64,000 bases of DNA from Felis catus (lineage: Eukaryota). The stretch is taken from assembly GCF_018350175.1 (NCBI RefSeq), contig NC_058368.1, positions 219,358,001 to 219,422,000 on the forward strand. Direction: 5' to 3'. Under the pieces are notes generated by a model. The model ran no database searches. It had not been told where the DNA came from and saw only the letters and a list, made by a program, of their open reading frames with translations. Shown in pieces: positions 25,578-36,995 of the stretch (the stretch's first letter is position 1; each line of letters starts with the position of its first letter). A program made the translations under genes and the position numbers.

Positions 25578-28500
25578 TCAGTATCCATATAACAGTGAAA
25601 ACATATGGTATCTCTCTTTCTCTGTATGACTTATTTCACTTAGCATAACACTCTCCAGTTCCATCCACGTTGCTACACAAGGCCGTATTTCATTCTTTCT
25701 CCTTGCCATGTAGTATTCTATTGTGTATACAAACCACAATTTCTTTATCCATACATCAGTTGATGTACACTTAGGCTCTTTCCATAATTTGGCTATTGTT
25801 GAAAGTGCTGCTATAAACATTGGGGTACAAGTGCCCCTATGCATCAGCACTCCTGTATCCCTTGGGTAACTTCCTAACAGCTATTGCTGGGTCATAAAGT
25901 AGATCTATTTTTAATTTTTTGAGGAACCTCCACACTGTTTTCCAGAGTGGCTGCACCAGTTTGCATTCTCACCAACAGTGCAAGAGGGTTCCCGTTTCTC
26001 CACATCCTCTCCAGCATCTATAGTCTCCTGATTTTAGCCACTCTGATTGGCATGAGGTCGTATCTCAGTGTGGTTTTGATTTGTATTTCCCTGATGAGGA
26101 GTGACATTGAGCATCTTTTCATGTGCCTGTTGGCCATCTGGATGTCTTCTTTAGAGAAGTGTCTATTCATGTCTTCTGCCCATTTCTTCACTGGATTATT
26201 TGTTTTTCGGGTGTGGAGTTTGGTGAGTTCTTTATAGATTTTGGATACTACCCCTTGGCACAATATGTCATTTGCAAATATCTTTTCCCATTTCATCGGT
26301 TGCCTTTTAGTTTTGTTGATTGGTTCCTTTGCAGTGCAGAAGCTTTTTGTCTTGATGAGGTCCGAATAGTTCATTTTTGCTTTTAATTCCTTTGCCTTTG
26401 GAGATGTGTCAAGTAAGAAATTGCTGTGGCTGAGGTCAGAGAGGTTTTTTTCTGCTTTCTCCTCTAGGGTTTTGATGGTTTCCTGTCTCACATTCAGGTC
26501 CTTTATCCATTTTGAGTTTATTTTTGTGAATGGTGTGAGAAAGTGGTCTAATTTCAACCTTCTGCATGTTGCTGTCCAGTTCTCCCAGCACCATTTGTAA
26601 AAGAGACTGTCTTTTTTCCATTGGAAATTCTTTCCTGCTTTGTCAAAGATTAGTTGGCCATACTTTTGTGGGTCCAATTCTGGAGTCTCTATTCTATTCC
26701 ATTGGTCTATGTGTCTGTTTTTGTGCTAACACCATGCTCTCTTGATGATTACAGCTTTGTAGTAGAGGCTAAAATCTGGGATTGTGATGCCTCCTGCTAT
26801 GGTCTTCTTCTTCAACATTACTTTGGCTATTTGGGGTCTTTTGTGGTTCCATACACATTTTAGGATTGCTTGTTCTAGCTTTTAGAAGAATGCTGGTGCA
26901 ATTTTGATTGGGATTGCATTGAATGTATAGATAGCTTTGGGTAGTATTGACATTTTAACAATATTTATTCTTCCAATCCGTGAGCACAGGATGTTTTTCC
27001 ATTTCTTTGTATCTTCTTCAATTTTCTTCATAAGCTTTCTATAGTTTTCAGCATACAGATCTTTTATATTTTGGTTAGGTTTATTCCTAGGTATTTTATG
27101 ATTCTTGGTGCAGTTGTGAATGGGATCAGTTTCTTTATTTTTCTCTCTGTTATTTCATTATTAGTTTACAAGAATGCAACTGATTTCTGTACGTTAATTT
27201 TGTATCCTGTGACTTTGCTGAATTTATGTATCATTTCTAGCAGACTTTTAGTGGAGTATGTCAGGTTTTCCATGTGTAATATCATGTCATCTGCAAAAAG
27301 TGAAAGCTTGACTTCATCTTTGCCAATTTTGATGCCTTTGATTTCATTATGTTGTCTGATTGCTGAAGCTAGAACTTCCAACACTATGTTAAACAACAGC
27401 GGTGTGAGTGGACATTCCTGTTGTGTTCCTAATCTCAGAGGGAAAGCTCTCAGTTTTTCCCCACTGAGGATGATATTAGCTGTGGGCTTTTCATAAATGG
27501 CTTTTATGCTGTTTAAGTATGTTCCTTCTATCCCGACTTTCTCGAGGGATTTTATTAAGAAAGGATGCTGAATTTTGTCAAATTCTTTTTCTGCATCGAT
27601 TGACAGGATCATATGTTCTTATCTTCTATTTTATTAATATGATGTATCACATTGGTTGATTTATGAATATTGAACCAGGCCTGCAGCCCAGGAAAGAATC
27701 CCACTTGATCATGGTGAATAATTCTTTTTATATGCTGTTGAATTGGATTTGTTAGTATCTTGTTGAGAATTTTTGCCTCCATATTCATCAGGGATATTGG
27801 CCTGTAGTTCTTTCTCTCTCTCTCTCTTTTTTTTTTGTTTGTTTGTTTGTTTGTTTGTTTGTTGGGTCTCTGTCTGGTGTAGGAATCAAAGTAATGCTGT
27901 CTTCATAGAATGAGTCTGGAAGTTTTCCTTCCCTTTCTATTTTTTGGAACAGCTTGAGAAGGATAGGTATTATCTCTGCTTTAAGTGTCTGTTAGAATTC
28001 CCCAGGGAAGCCATCTGGTCCTGGATTCTTATTTATTGGGAGATTTTTGATAACTGATTCAATTTCTTTGCTGGTTATGGGTCTGTTAAAGTTTTCTGTT
28101 TCTTCCTTTTTGAGTTTTAGAAGTGGGTGGGTGCTTAGGAATTTGTCCACTTCTTCCAGGTTGTCCAGTTTGTTGGCATATAATTTTTCATAGTATTCGC
28201 TGATAATTGTTTGTATCTCTGAGGGATTGGTTGTAATAATTCCATTTTCATTCATGATTTTATCTATTTGGGTCATCTCCCTTTTTTTTTGAGAACCCTG
28301 CTAGAGGTTTATCAATTTTGTTTATTTTTTCAAGAAACCAACTCTTAGTTTCATTGATCTGCTTTACAGTTTTTTTTTTAGGTTCTATATTGTTTATTTC
28401 TGCCCTGATATTTAAGATTTCTCCTATTCTGCTGGGTTTGGGGTGTCTTTGCTGTTCTGCTTCTATTTCCTTTAGGTGTGCTGTTAGATTTTGTATTTGG

Positions 28501-29507
28501 GATTTTGCTTGTTTCTTGAGATAGGCCTGGATAGCAATGTATTTTCCCATCAGGACTGCCTTCACTGCATCCCAAAGTGTTTGGATTGTTGTCTTTTCAT
28601 TTTCATTTGTTTCCATATATTTTTTTAATTTCTTCTCTAATTGCCTGGTTGACCCATTCATTCTTGGAAGGCAGCTATGCTCACCACTATACCACCAACG
28701 CTGACCCATTCATTCTTTAGTAGGGTATTATTTAACCTCCATGCTTTTGGAGGTTTTCCAGACTTTTTCCTGTGGTTGATTTCAAGTTTCATAGCATTGT
28801 GGTCTGAAAGTGTGCATGGTATGATCTCAATTATTTTATACTTATGAAGGGCTGTTTTGTGACCCAGTAGGTGATCTGTCTTGAAGAATGTTCCATGTGC
28901 ACTCGAGAAGAAAGTATATTCTGTTGCTTTGGGATGCAGAGTTCTAAATATATCCGTCAAGTCCATCTGATCCAATGTATCATTCAGGGCCCTTGTTTCT
29001 TTCTTGATCCTGTGTCTAGATGATCTATCCACTGTTGTAAGTGGAGTATTAAAGTGCCTGCAATTACCACATTTATATCAATAAGTTTGCTTATGTTTGT
29101 GATTAATTGTTTTATATATTTGGGGGTTCCTGTATTTGGGTCATAGACATTTATAATTGTTAGCTCTTCCTGATGAATAGACCCTGTATTTATTATATAA
29201 TGCCCTTCTTCATCTTTTGTTATAGCCTTTAATTTAAAGTCTAGTTTGTCTGATATAAGTATGGCTACTCCAGCTTTTCTTGACTTCCAGTAGCATGATA
29301 GATAGTTCTCCATCCCCTCACTTTCAATCTGAAGGTGTCCTCAGGTCTAAAATGAGTCTCATGTAGACAGCAAATAGATAGTCTTGTTTTTGTTTTGTTG
29401 TTGTTGTTGTTTTTTTAAATCCATTCTGATACCCTTTGTCTTTTGGTTGGAGTATTTAGTCTATTTACATTCAGTGTTATTATTGAAAGATATGGGTTTA
29501 GAGTCAC
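25578..29507 (-). pseudogene. L1 ORF2 (endonuclease / reverse transcriptase), disrupted
   Basis: Fragments [75 protein letters not shown]. Start is GTG at 29507; several frameshifts and stops. Confidence 0.96.
28666..28701 (-). pseudogene. Tailless retropseudogene of the 5' half of tRNA-Gly(TCC)
   Basis: Minus strand GCGTTGGTGGTATAGTGGTGAGCATAGCTGCCTTCC equals nt 1-36 of mammalian tRNA-Gly-TCC as I recall it. 16-bp TSD tgacccattcattctt at 28650-28665 and 28702-28717; no A tail. Confidence 0.95.
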
Positions 29508-29559
29508 TGTGATATCTGTAGGTTTCATGCTTGTAGTGCTGTCTCTGGTACTTTGTGGT

Positions 29560-30457
29560 CCTTGCAACATTTCACTGAGTCCCCCTTAGGATCTCTTGTA
29601 GGGCTGGTTTAGTGGTGATGAATTCCTTCAGTTTTTGTTTGTTTGGGAAGACCTTTATCTCTCCTTCTATTCTGAATGACAGACTTGCTGAATAAAGGAT
29701 TATTGGCTGCATAGTTTTTCTGTTCATCACACTGAACATTTCCTGCCATTCCTTTCTGGCCTGCCAAGTTTCGGTAGATAGGTGCTACTATCCTTATGTG
29801 TCTACCTTTGTATGTTAGGGCCTGTTTACCCCTTGCTGCTTTCAGAATTCTCTCTTTATCCTTGTATTTTGCCAGTTTCATTATGATATGTTGTGCAGAA
29901 GACTGATTCAAGTTACGTGTGAAGGGAGTTCTCTGTGTCTCTTGGATTTCAATGCCTTTTTCCTTCCCCAGATCAGGGCAGTTCTCAGCTATGATTTGTT
30001 CAAGTACACCTTCAACCCCTTTCCCTCTCTCTTCCTTTTCTGGAATTCCTATGATGCGGATATTGTTCCATTTGATTGCATCACTTAGTTCTCTAATTTT
30101 CTCCTCATACTCCTGGATTTTTTTATCTCTCTTTTTCTCAGCTTCCTCGTTTTCCATAATTTTATCTTCTAATTCACCTATTCTCTTCTCTGCCTCTTCA
30201 ATCCGTGCTATGGCCACCTCCATTTATTTTGCACCACATTTATAGCATTTTTAAATTCCTCTTGACTATTTTTTAGTCCTTGATCTCTGTAGCAATACTC
30301 TGCTGTCCTCTATGCTTTTTTCAAGCCCAGCGATTAATTTTATGACTATTATTCTAAATTCTTATTCCATTATATTGCTTAAATTGGTTTTGATTAATTC
30401 ATTAGCTGTCGCTACTTCCTGGAGTTTCTTTTAAGGAGAATTCTTCCGTTTCATCAT
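29560..30457 (-). pseudogene. L1 ORF1, disrupted
   Basis: Starts MMKRKNSP then a stop; coiled coil ARIEEAEKRIGELEDK, NNIRIIGIPE, ERILKAAR; later frameshift. 3' end approximate. Confidence 0.93.
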
Positions 30458-31374
30458 TTTGGCTAGTCCCTGCAATGGCTCCAAACTACCAGGCACTTCC
30501 CCTGTGCCATTGGGAGTAACTTGTGTTGGTGGGTGGGGCCGCAGTCAGACCCAATGTCTGCCCCCAGGCCACCACTGGGACCACAGTCAGACTGGTGTGT
30601 GCCTTATCTTCCCCTCTCCCAAAGGCAGGACTCACTGTGGAGTGGTGTGGCCGTTGTCAGGGCTGCTTGCACACTGTCAGGCTGGTGATTCTGCTTCAAT
30701 GGCATCTGGCCAAGGGCAATTAGCCAGGGTGGGTCCGCAAGATGTACAGGGGCGGGAGGGGCAGGCTTAGCTTGCTTTGCCCTCGGTGGTCCCCTGCAGG
30801 AGGGGCCCTGCAGCAGGGAGGCAGGCCCATCTGAGGGATGGATCCACAGAAGCACAGCATTGGGTGTTTGCTCAGTGCAAGCAAGTTCAGCGAGGAACTG
30901 GTTCCCTTTGGAATCAGCTGGGGGATGGGAGAGGGAAGTTGAGCCTGCCAGTGCCTTTGTTCCCCTGCCCAAGCTGTCCTTCTGGGGCTCCAGAACTCTC
31001 CCACCCAGCGTCCTCTCACCCTACCTGCGCTCGAGAGACAAGCTTTTGACTTTAACATCCAGATGTTAAGTCCCGCTGGTTGTCAGAACTCATGCAGTCA
31101 GCCCTTCCGCTTTTGCAAGCCAGACTGCGGCGGCTCTGCCCTGCCAGGTGGGCTCCCCCTCCACCACCCCGACTCCCTCCCGCCAGTCCATGTAGCACAC
31201 ACTGCCTCTCTCCCCTTCTTACCCTCTTCCATAGGCCTCTTGTCTATGCTTGGCTCTGGAGAATCCGTTCTGGCAGTTTTCTGGGTTATTTAGGCCGATG
31301 TGGGTGGAATCAAAGTGATAAGCAGGATGAGGTGAGCCCAGCATCCTCCTAAACCCCCATCTCCCCCATCCCCA
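30458..31374 (-). promoter_or_regulatory. L1 5' UTR / internal promoter
   Basis: GC-rich segment of about 0.9 kb between the 5' TSD and the ORF1 ATG. Confidence 0.85.
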
Positions 31375-31711
31375 AACACCTGATTCTCAATAACTACACC
31401 AGTATTTGGATTTAATAATTATCTACAGTTAGATATTTGAATTGCTTCTACCTTTTTTCAATCAGGGTTTCCAAGTACATTCACAAATATAAAATACTGT
31501 CTCCATTTATTGTTATTTCTTTAGTAGAGGTTACTACAAAAGAAATAAAATGGTCTACACACTTAATTTTTTACTGTGCATGCTCTAAGTTACTTTAGAG
31601 AAAGACAATATGTCAAAGTGCAAAAGCTACACAACTACACGAGTTAGGGATTTTGTACCCAGTTACGCTGTTTAGCAGTCCTATCAACTTTGGAAATTTA
31701 CTTAAACTATT

Positions 31712-31912
31712 TGTTTGTTTTTAATTTTTTTAATGTTTATTTTTGAGAATGCAGGTGTGGGAGGGGCAGAGAGATGGACACAGAATCTGAAGCAGGCTCC
31801 AGGCTCTGAGATGCCAACACAGAGCCGGATGCAGGGCTTGAACTCATGAACCGTGAGATCACGACCTGAGCTGAACTTCAACAATTAACTGACTGAGCCA
31901 CACAGGTGCCCC
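31712..31912 (-). mobile_element. SINEC inserted in a MIR-like relic
   Basis: TSD aaactattt at about 31704 and 31916; flanks MIR-like. Confidence 0.92.
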
Positions 31913-32064
31913 AACAAACTATTTTAATTTTGGTTTCCTTGTCTAGTCCAAGAAGAATATAAACTCTACTGTAGAGATAACTTGACATGTCATATATAAG
32001 TGATTACCATAATGTCTGGCAAAACATAGTGTTTATAAATGGTAAATATTATTACTGAAACCTA

Positions 32065-32335
32065 CAAGCACTGCGTTATGGTTGAGAACTTGTCCTCCAG
32101 AGCAGACAGCTTGAAAATGAATACTGGCTCTTCTACTCCACTGAATATAAAAACTTAAACAAGTTTTTAATCTCTCTGCCTCTACTTAACAATAACAACA
32201 ATAATAATGATAATAATTATTATAATGATACCTATTTCATAAGGATGTTATGTGGATTAATTGGTGGTACAGTGTAACTGAAGTCCTAGAAAAATATCCT
32301 GCACATTATGTATGTTCAATAGATATGTGCTATTA
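32065..32335 (+). mobile_element. MIR relic
   Basis: aacttaaacaagtttttaatctctctgcctc...atacctatttcataaggatgttatgtggattaa. Confidence 0.7.
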
Positions 32336-32839
32336 CATTGTTTTTAATACTCCCATGTTCACCTGTTACCCACTTAAACCATATCTTATTTTTTTAATAA
32401 AATAAGTTTTTTGCAAATGTCTTAGTTATAAAAGGGTAATTTCTTTTTATTTGTCTTATTTAGGTTACTGTTGTATTGAATTCTTGGAATGGACTAATTC
32501 TATACATTTTTCTCTAGAAGATGTTAATTAAAAATGTTTATGTATATGGATTCTAACCCTTTGCCCTTCATATTTTCTTGCAATTTTCCCCTAGTTTCTC
32601 ATGTTAACATTGTTGATGGCTTATTGTCATATTTCCTTTGTAGATTGTCAAATCCAGGAAGTATCTTTTAATATTGCTTTCCTTTATTCAGGTAAGTGGG
32701 AGTTTGTTGATGTTCAATTTAGAAAGAGTTTACTTATTTTCAGTAGAAGTCTGAACATTATATTTTGTAATTTCATTTGCTATATTTATCTCTTTAGTGT
32801 TATTTATGCACTTTATGTATTTAATATGTTGATACTGCA

Positions 32840-33185
32840 TGCTTCGGACTGAATGTTTGTGTCCCCCCAAATTTATGTTCCATCCCTAATCTTCATGCCA
32901 AGGTGGGCCCTTGGGAAGTAATTTATTCATGAGAGTGGAGCCCTCAGGATGGGATTAGTATTCCTATAAGAAAAGGGGAAAAATGAACTCTCTCTCCACC
33001 ATGTGAGGATCCAGCAAGAAGGTGTTCATCCGCAAACCAGGAAGAAGGCCCTTGCTAGAAAACAGATTGGTTGGCACCTTAATCTTGGGCTTGCCAGCCT
33101 GCAGAATTGTGAGAAATAAATGCTGCTCATGGCTCAACATACAGTCTATGACATTTGTTAGTGCAACTTGAGTTGAATTAAGATA
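32840..33185 (+). mobile_element. MaLR solo LTR (MLT1A-like)
   Basis: tgcttcggactgaatgtttgtgtcccccc start; ccatgtgagga; gaattgtgagaaataaa; taagata end. Confidence 0.88.
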
Positions 33186-33228
33186 CTGGGGAAAGCTTAA
33201 TATAAAATTTATATTAAAAGAGGCAGGT

Positions 33229-34980
33229 TGTATGGAACCACAAAAGACCCTGAATAGCCAAAGAAACCTTTAAAAAAAAAAAAAAAGCAGGAGCACCTGG
33301 GTGAGTCTGTAGGTTGAGCATCTGACTTTGACTCAGGTCATGATCTCATGGTTCACAGGTTCGAATTCCACATCAGGCTCTGTGCTGACAGTTCAGAACC
33401 TGGAGCCTGCTTTGGATTCTTTGTCTCCCTCTCTCTCTGCCCCTCCCCTGCTGCACTCTGTGTCTCTCTATCTCTCTGAAAAATAAATATTAAAAAAAAA
33501 AAAAGAAAAGCTGGAGGCATCACAATTCTGACTTCAAGTAGTATTACAAAGCTGTAGTAATCAAAACAGTTTGGTACTGGCACAAAAATAGATTTATAGA
33601 TCAGTAGAACAAAATATAAAACCTAGAAATGAACCCACATCTATATGGTCAATTAATCTTGGACAAAGCAGGAAAGAATACCCATTGGGAAAAAGATACC
33701 ATTCATTAAATGGTATAGGGAAAACTGGACAGCAACATGCAAAAGAATGAAACTGGACCATTCTCTTACACCATACACAAAAATAAATTCAAAATGGTTG
33801 ACCTCAGGAAAGACCTAAATTTGATACCTGAAACCATAAAAATCCTAGAGAACACAGGCAGTAACTTTTTGACATCAGCCATAGCAACTTCATTCTAGAT
33901 ATGTTTCTGAGGCAAGAGAAACAAAAGCAAAAATAAACTATTGGGAGAACAGCAAAATAAAAAGCTTCTGCACAGAAAAGGAAACCATCAACAGAGCTAA
34001 AAGGCAACTATGGAATGGGAGAAGATATTTGCAAATGACATATCTGATAAAGGGTTAGTATCCAAAATCTGTAGAGAACTTATCAAATTCAACACCCAAA
34101 AATGAAATAATCCAGTGAAGACATGGGCAGAAGACATGAACAGACATTTTTCAAAAAAAGACATACAGATGGCTAACAGACACATTAAAAAATGGTCAAC
34201 ATCACTCATCATCAGGGAGATGCAAATAAAAACTACAATGAGGTACCACCTCACACCTGTCAGAATTGCTAAAATCAACAACACAAGAAACAAGTTTTGG
34301 TGATGTAGTGGAGAAAGGGGAACCCTCCTACACTTTTGGTGGGGATGCAAACTGGTGGCACTCTTGAAAACAGTATGGAGATTCCTCAAAAAGTTAGAAA
34401 TAGAACCACCCTATGGTTCAGCAATTTCACTACTAGGTATTTACCCAAAGATACAAAAACATTAATTCAAAAGGGCACACACACCCTCATGTACAGCAGC
34501 AGGCGGCATTATCTACAATAGCCAAATTATGGACACAGCCTAAGTTTCCATCGACTGATGAATGGATATATACAATGGAATATTATTCAGCCATAAAGAA
34601 GGAATGAAATCTTGCTATTTGGAATGACACGCACGGAGCTAGAGAGCATTATGTTAAGCAAAATCAGTCAGCTGGGGAAAGACAAATACCACATGATTTC
34701 ACTCATATGTGAAATTTAAGAAATAAAACAAACAAGCAAAGAAGAAAAAAGAGAGCGGGTGAGTAGCAAGAAACAGAGTCTTAATTATAGAGAACAAACT
34801 GATAGTTACCAGAAGAGAGGTGGGTGGAGGATGGGTGAAATAGATGATGGAGATTAAGGAGTGCACTTTGATGAGCACCGGGTATTGTATGGAAGTGTTG
34901 AATCACTATATTGTAACCTGAAACTAATTTTATGCTGTATGTTAACTAACTGGAATTTATTTTTAAAAATTTTTTAAAAA
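33229..34980 (+). mobile_element. 5'-truncated carnivore L1 (ORF2 C-terminus plus 3' UTR)
   Basis: [47 protein letters not shown]; 3' UTR ends tgttaactaactggaattt. Confidence 0.95.
33290..33505 (+). mobile_element. SINEC inserted in an A-tract of the L1
   Basis: ggagcacctgggtg head, (CT)n, A tail; L1 resumes at aaagctggaggcatcaca. Confidence 0.94.
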
Positions 34981-36789
34981 GGATCGATTTAACAAAAGCC
35001 ACTTCTAAATAGTTATCTCCGTCTCATATATTTGTGATGATTTCTAAATTATATTAGCCTATCTCTTTCATTCCATTCATTCCTCATAATTACTCTTAAC
35101 AGTGCCACATTATTTTGATTTTGTGGCTTCTATGTTTTTATACTACAAAAGAGAAGTCTTATAATTTCTTCCTCTGTTCTGAAGCATTTAAGCTATCATA
35201 CTTATTTTTATTAGAATTTAGAAATATATATATACATACATATATATGTATAAAGGATTGTAATCTCAATATCTATTTTTCTTTCTATTTATTTATATAT
35301 ATTCATTTTGGAAAACAGTATATTTAAAATCTTATCGTAAAATTGAAATATTTATCAAACTTCCACAAATCCTTGAAAAAATTTATAGTACGGTGAAAAT
35401 TACTGGATTCATGTTATCTTATCATTTGATTCTCGATTTGAAGAATATATTAATAACATTATAGAAATCAGATTACTTAGTCAGCAAAGCAGAGTAATTT
35501 TACCTTTCAACCAGTGTTATGAAAGACCCTATTGGATTATATTTGTATACAAAGGGTTAAAGCCCTACATATCTTCTATCCAACTGAGAAGATTGCTAAC
35601 TCATGAGATTAGTCTCAGCAGAAGTGATAAAAGTAGAAATAAAACTTCAAATTTACCTAATCTTGGATAAAGAGAGATGCATAAGTTTTGAAAAAGAAAA
35701 ATCACCTGCACTTTCTTGATATCATTGAAGGCAAGTAATTTAGTGGTCTTAAAGCCTCTAAATAATTATCACTTATCCACTTTACCTAGGAAGAAACATA
35801 CAAGAGAGCACTACATCAGATATAAATGATTTTAAGGTTATTCTTGGATCATCTCATCCACAATGTTTTAAAAAACATAATCAACAGATAAGACTTTTGC
35901 TCCAATTAGTGCTAATTTCTCACTGAGAAAATATATAAAACAATTATCTGCATAATGTCTCTAGTTTAATATATGCTAATATTTAATGAGGGAAGTGTAT
36001 TCACTCAACATTCATGAAATACCAATTTTCTTTAAATATTAATGAATTCAACTTCAAACATACTTAGTAGCAAACATATTCAACTTCCTTATTTATGTTA
36101 TTTCAAAATACATAAACTATGCATATCCAGCATAACTTAATTAAAAACAGTGATCATACCATTATCTATAAATGAAATAGTTAAACTAAGGATAAGTTTC
36201 CTTCCAGAAATAAAAAGTACATATGGTCTTTATTGTGAAAATATTAAATTGTAATTCCATCTTTTCATAGTTTTAAAAACCTTAAGCCTATTTAACCCTG
36301 TACATTTATTCCAGCAAATCAATGATCACTTAGCTAGAAAAATTAAATATATCAGATGAACGTACTCCAAAGCTTTCTTCTCATTTTCATTTTCTCATGT
36401 GGATTATGAATCTTATGTTTTAAAGACAATGTTTAATTTTCTGTATAACCATTTGCAAAACAAAATAATCATTCTCTATGAGTCTTACTATTAGAGAACT
36501 TTATAACAATAACCAAAATCATATCTCACTGAATTTCTAGGATTATTTTTTTTGTAGTCAGTCTATGAATAATGTTATTATGTTGTCCAAAATAGTGTTA
36601 ACAGAGGGAAATACAAAGTTGCAAAACAAACAAACAAACAAACAAAAAACAACAACAACACAGTACATAATGTTCTTAGGTGTTAAGTTTAGTTCTTATG
36701 GATTTCAAAAATAGGTTTATTTACATATACAGTGGGATAATTTGAATATATGATAAACTTAAATGGATAATGGCAATATATAATTTTCT

Positions 36790-36995
36790 TATTTTAATTT
36801 TTTTAAGGTTATTTATTTGAGGGAGAGAAGCAAGTGGGGTAGGGGTAGAGAGAGGGGGGAGAGAGAGAATCCCAAGCAGTTTCCTCACTGTCAGTGCAGA
36901 GCCTGATCGGGGCTTGAACGCACAAAATGTGAGATCATGACCAGAACTGAAATCGAGAGTCAGATGCTTAACTGAATGAGCCATCCAGGTGCCCC
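36790..36995 (-). mobile_element. SINEC
   Basis: gagccatccaggtgcccc end; imperfect TSD aatata(ta)a..ttttc. Confidence 0.93.

Larger units (their letters stand above)
25356..31374 (-). mobile_element. Full-length felid LINE-1, inactive, about 6.0 kb
   Basis: Perfect 14-bp TSD aacacctgattctc (25342-25355 and 31375-31388, followed by aa); GC-rich 5' UTR, ORF1, ORF2, 3' UTR and short poly(A). Confidence 0.98.

Noticed and set aside
28666..28701. Functional tRNA-Gly gene
   Set aside because: No B box, T arm or 3' acceptor strand; only the 5' half is present.
26018..30223. Long ORFs with RT, endonuclease and coiled-coil motifs as host genes or a novel RT system
   Set aside because: Ordinary fragments of a disrupted L1.
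30459..31352. GC-rich ORF cluster or CpG island of a host gene
   Set aside because: Lies inside the L1 5' UTR, bounded by the TSD.
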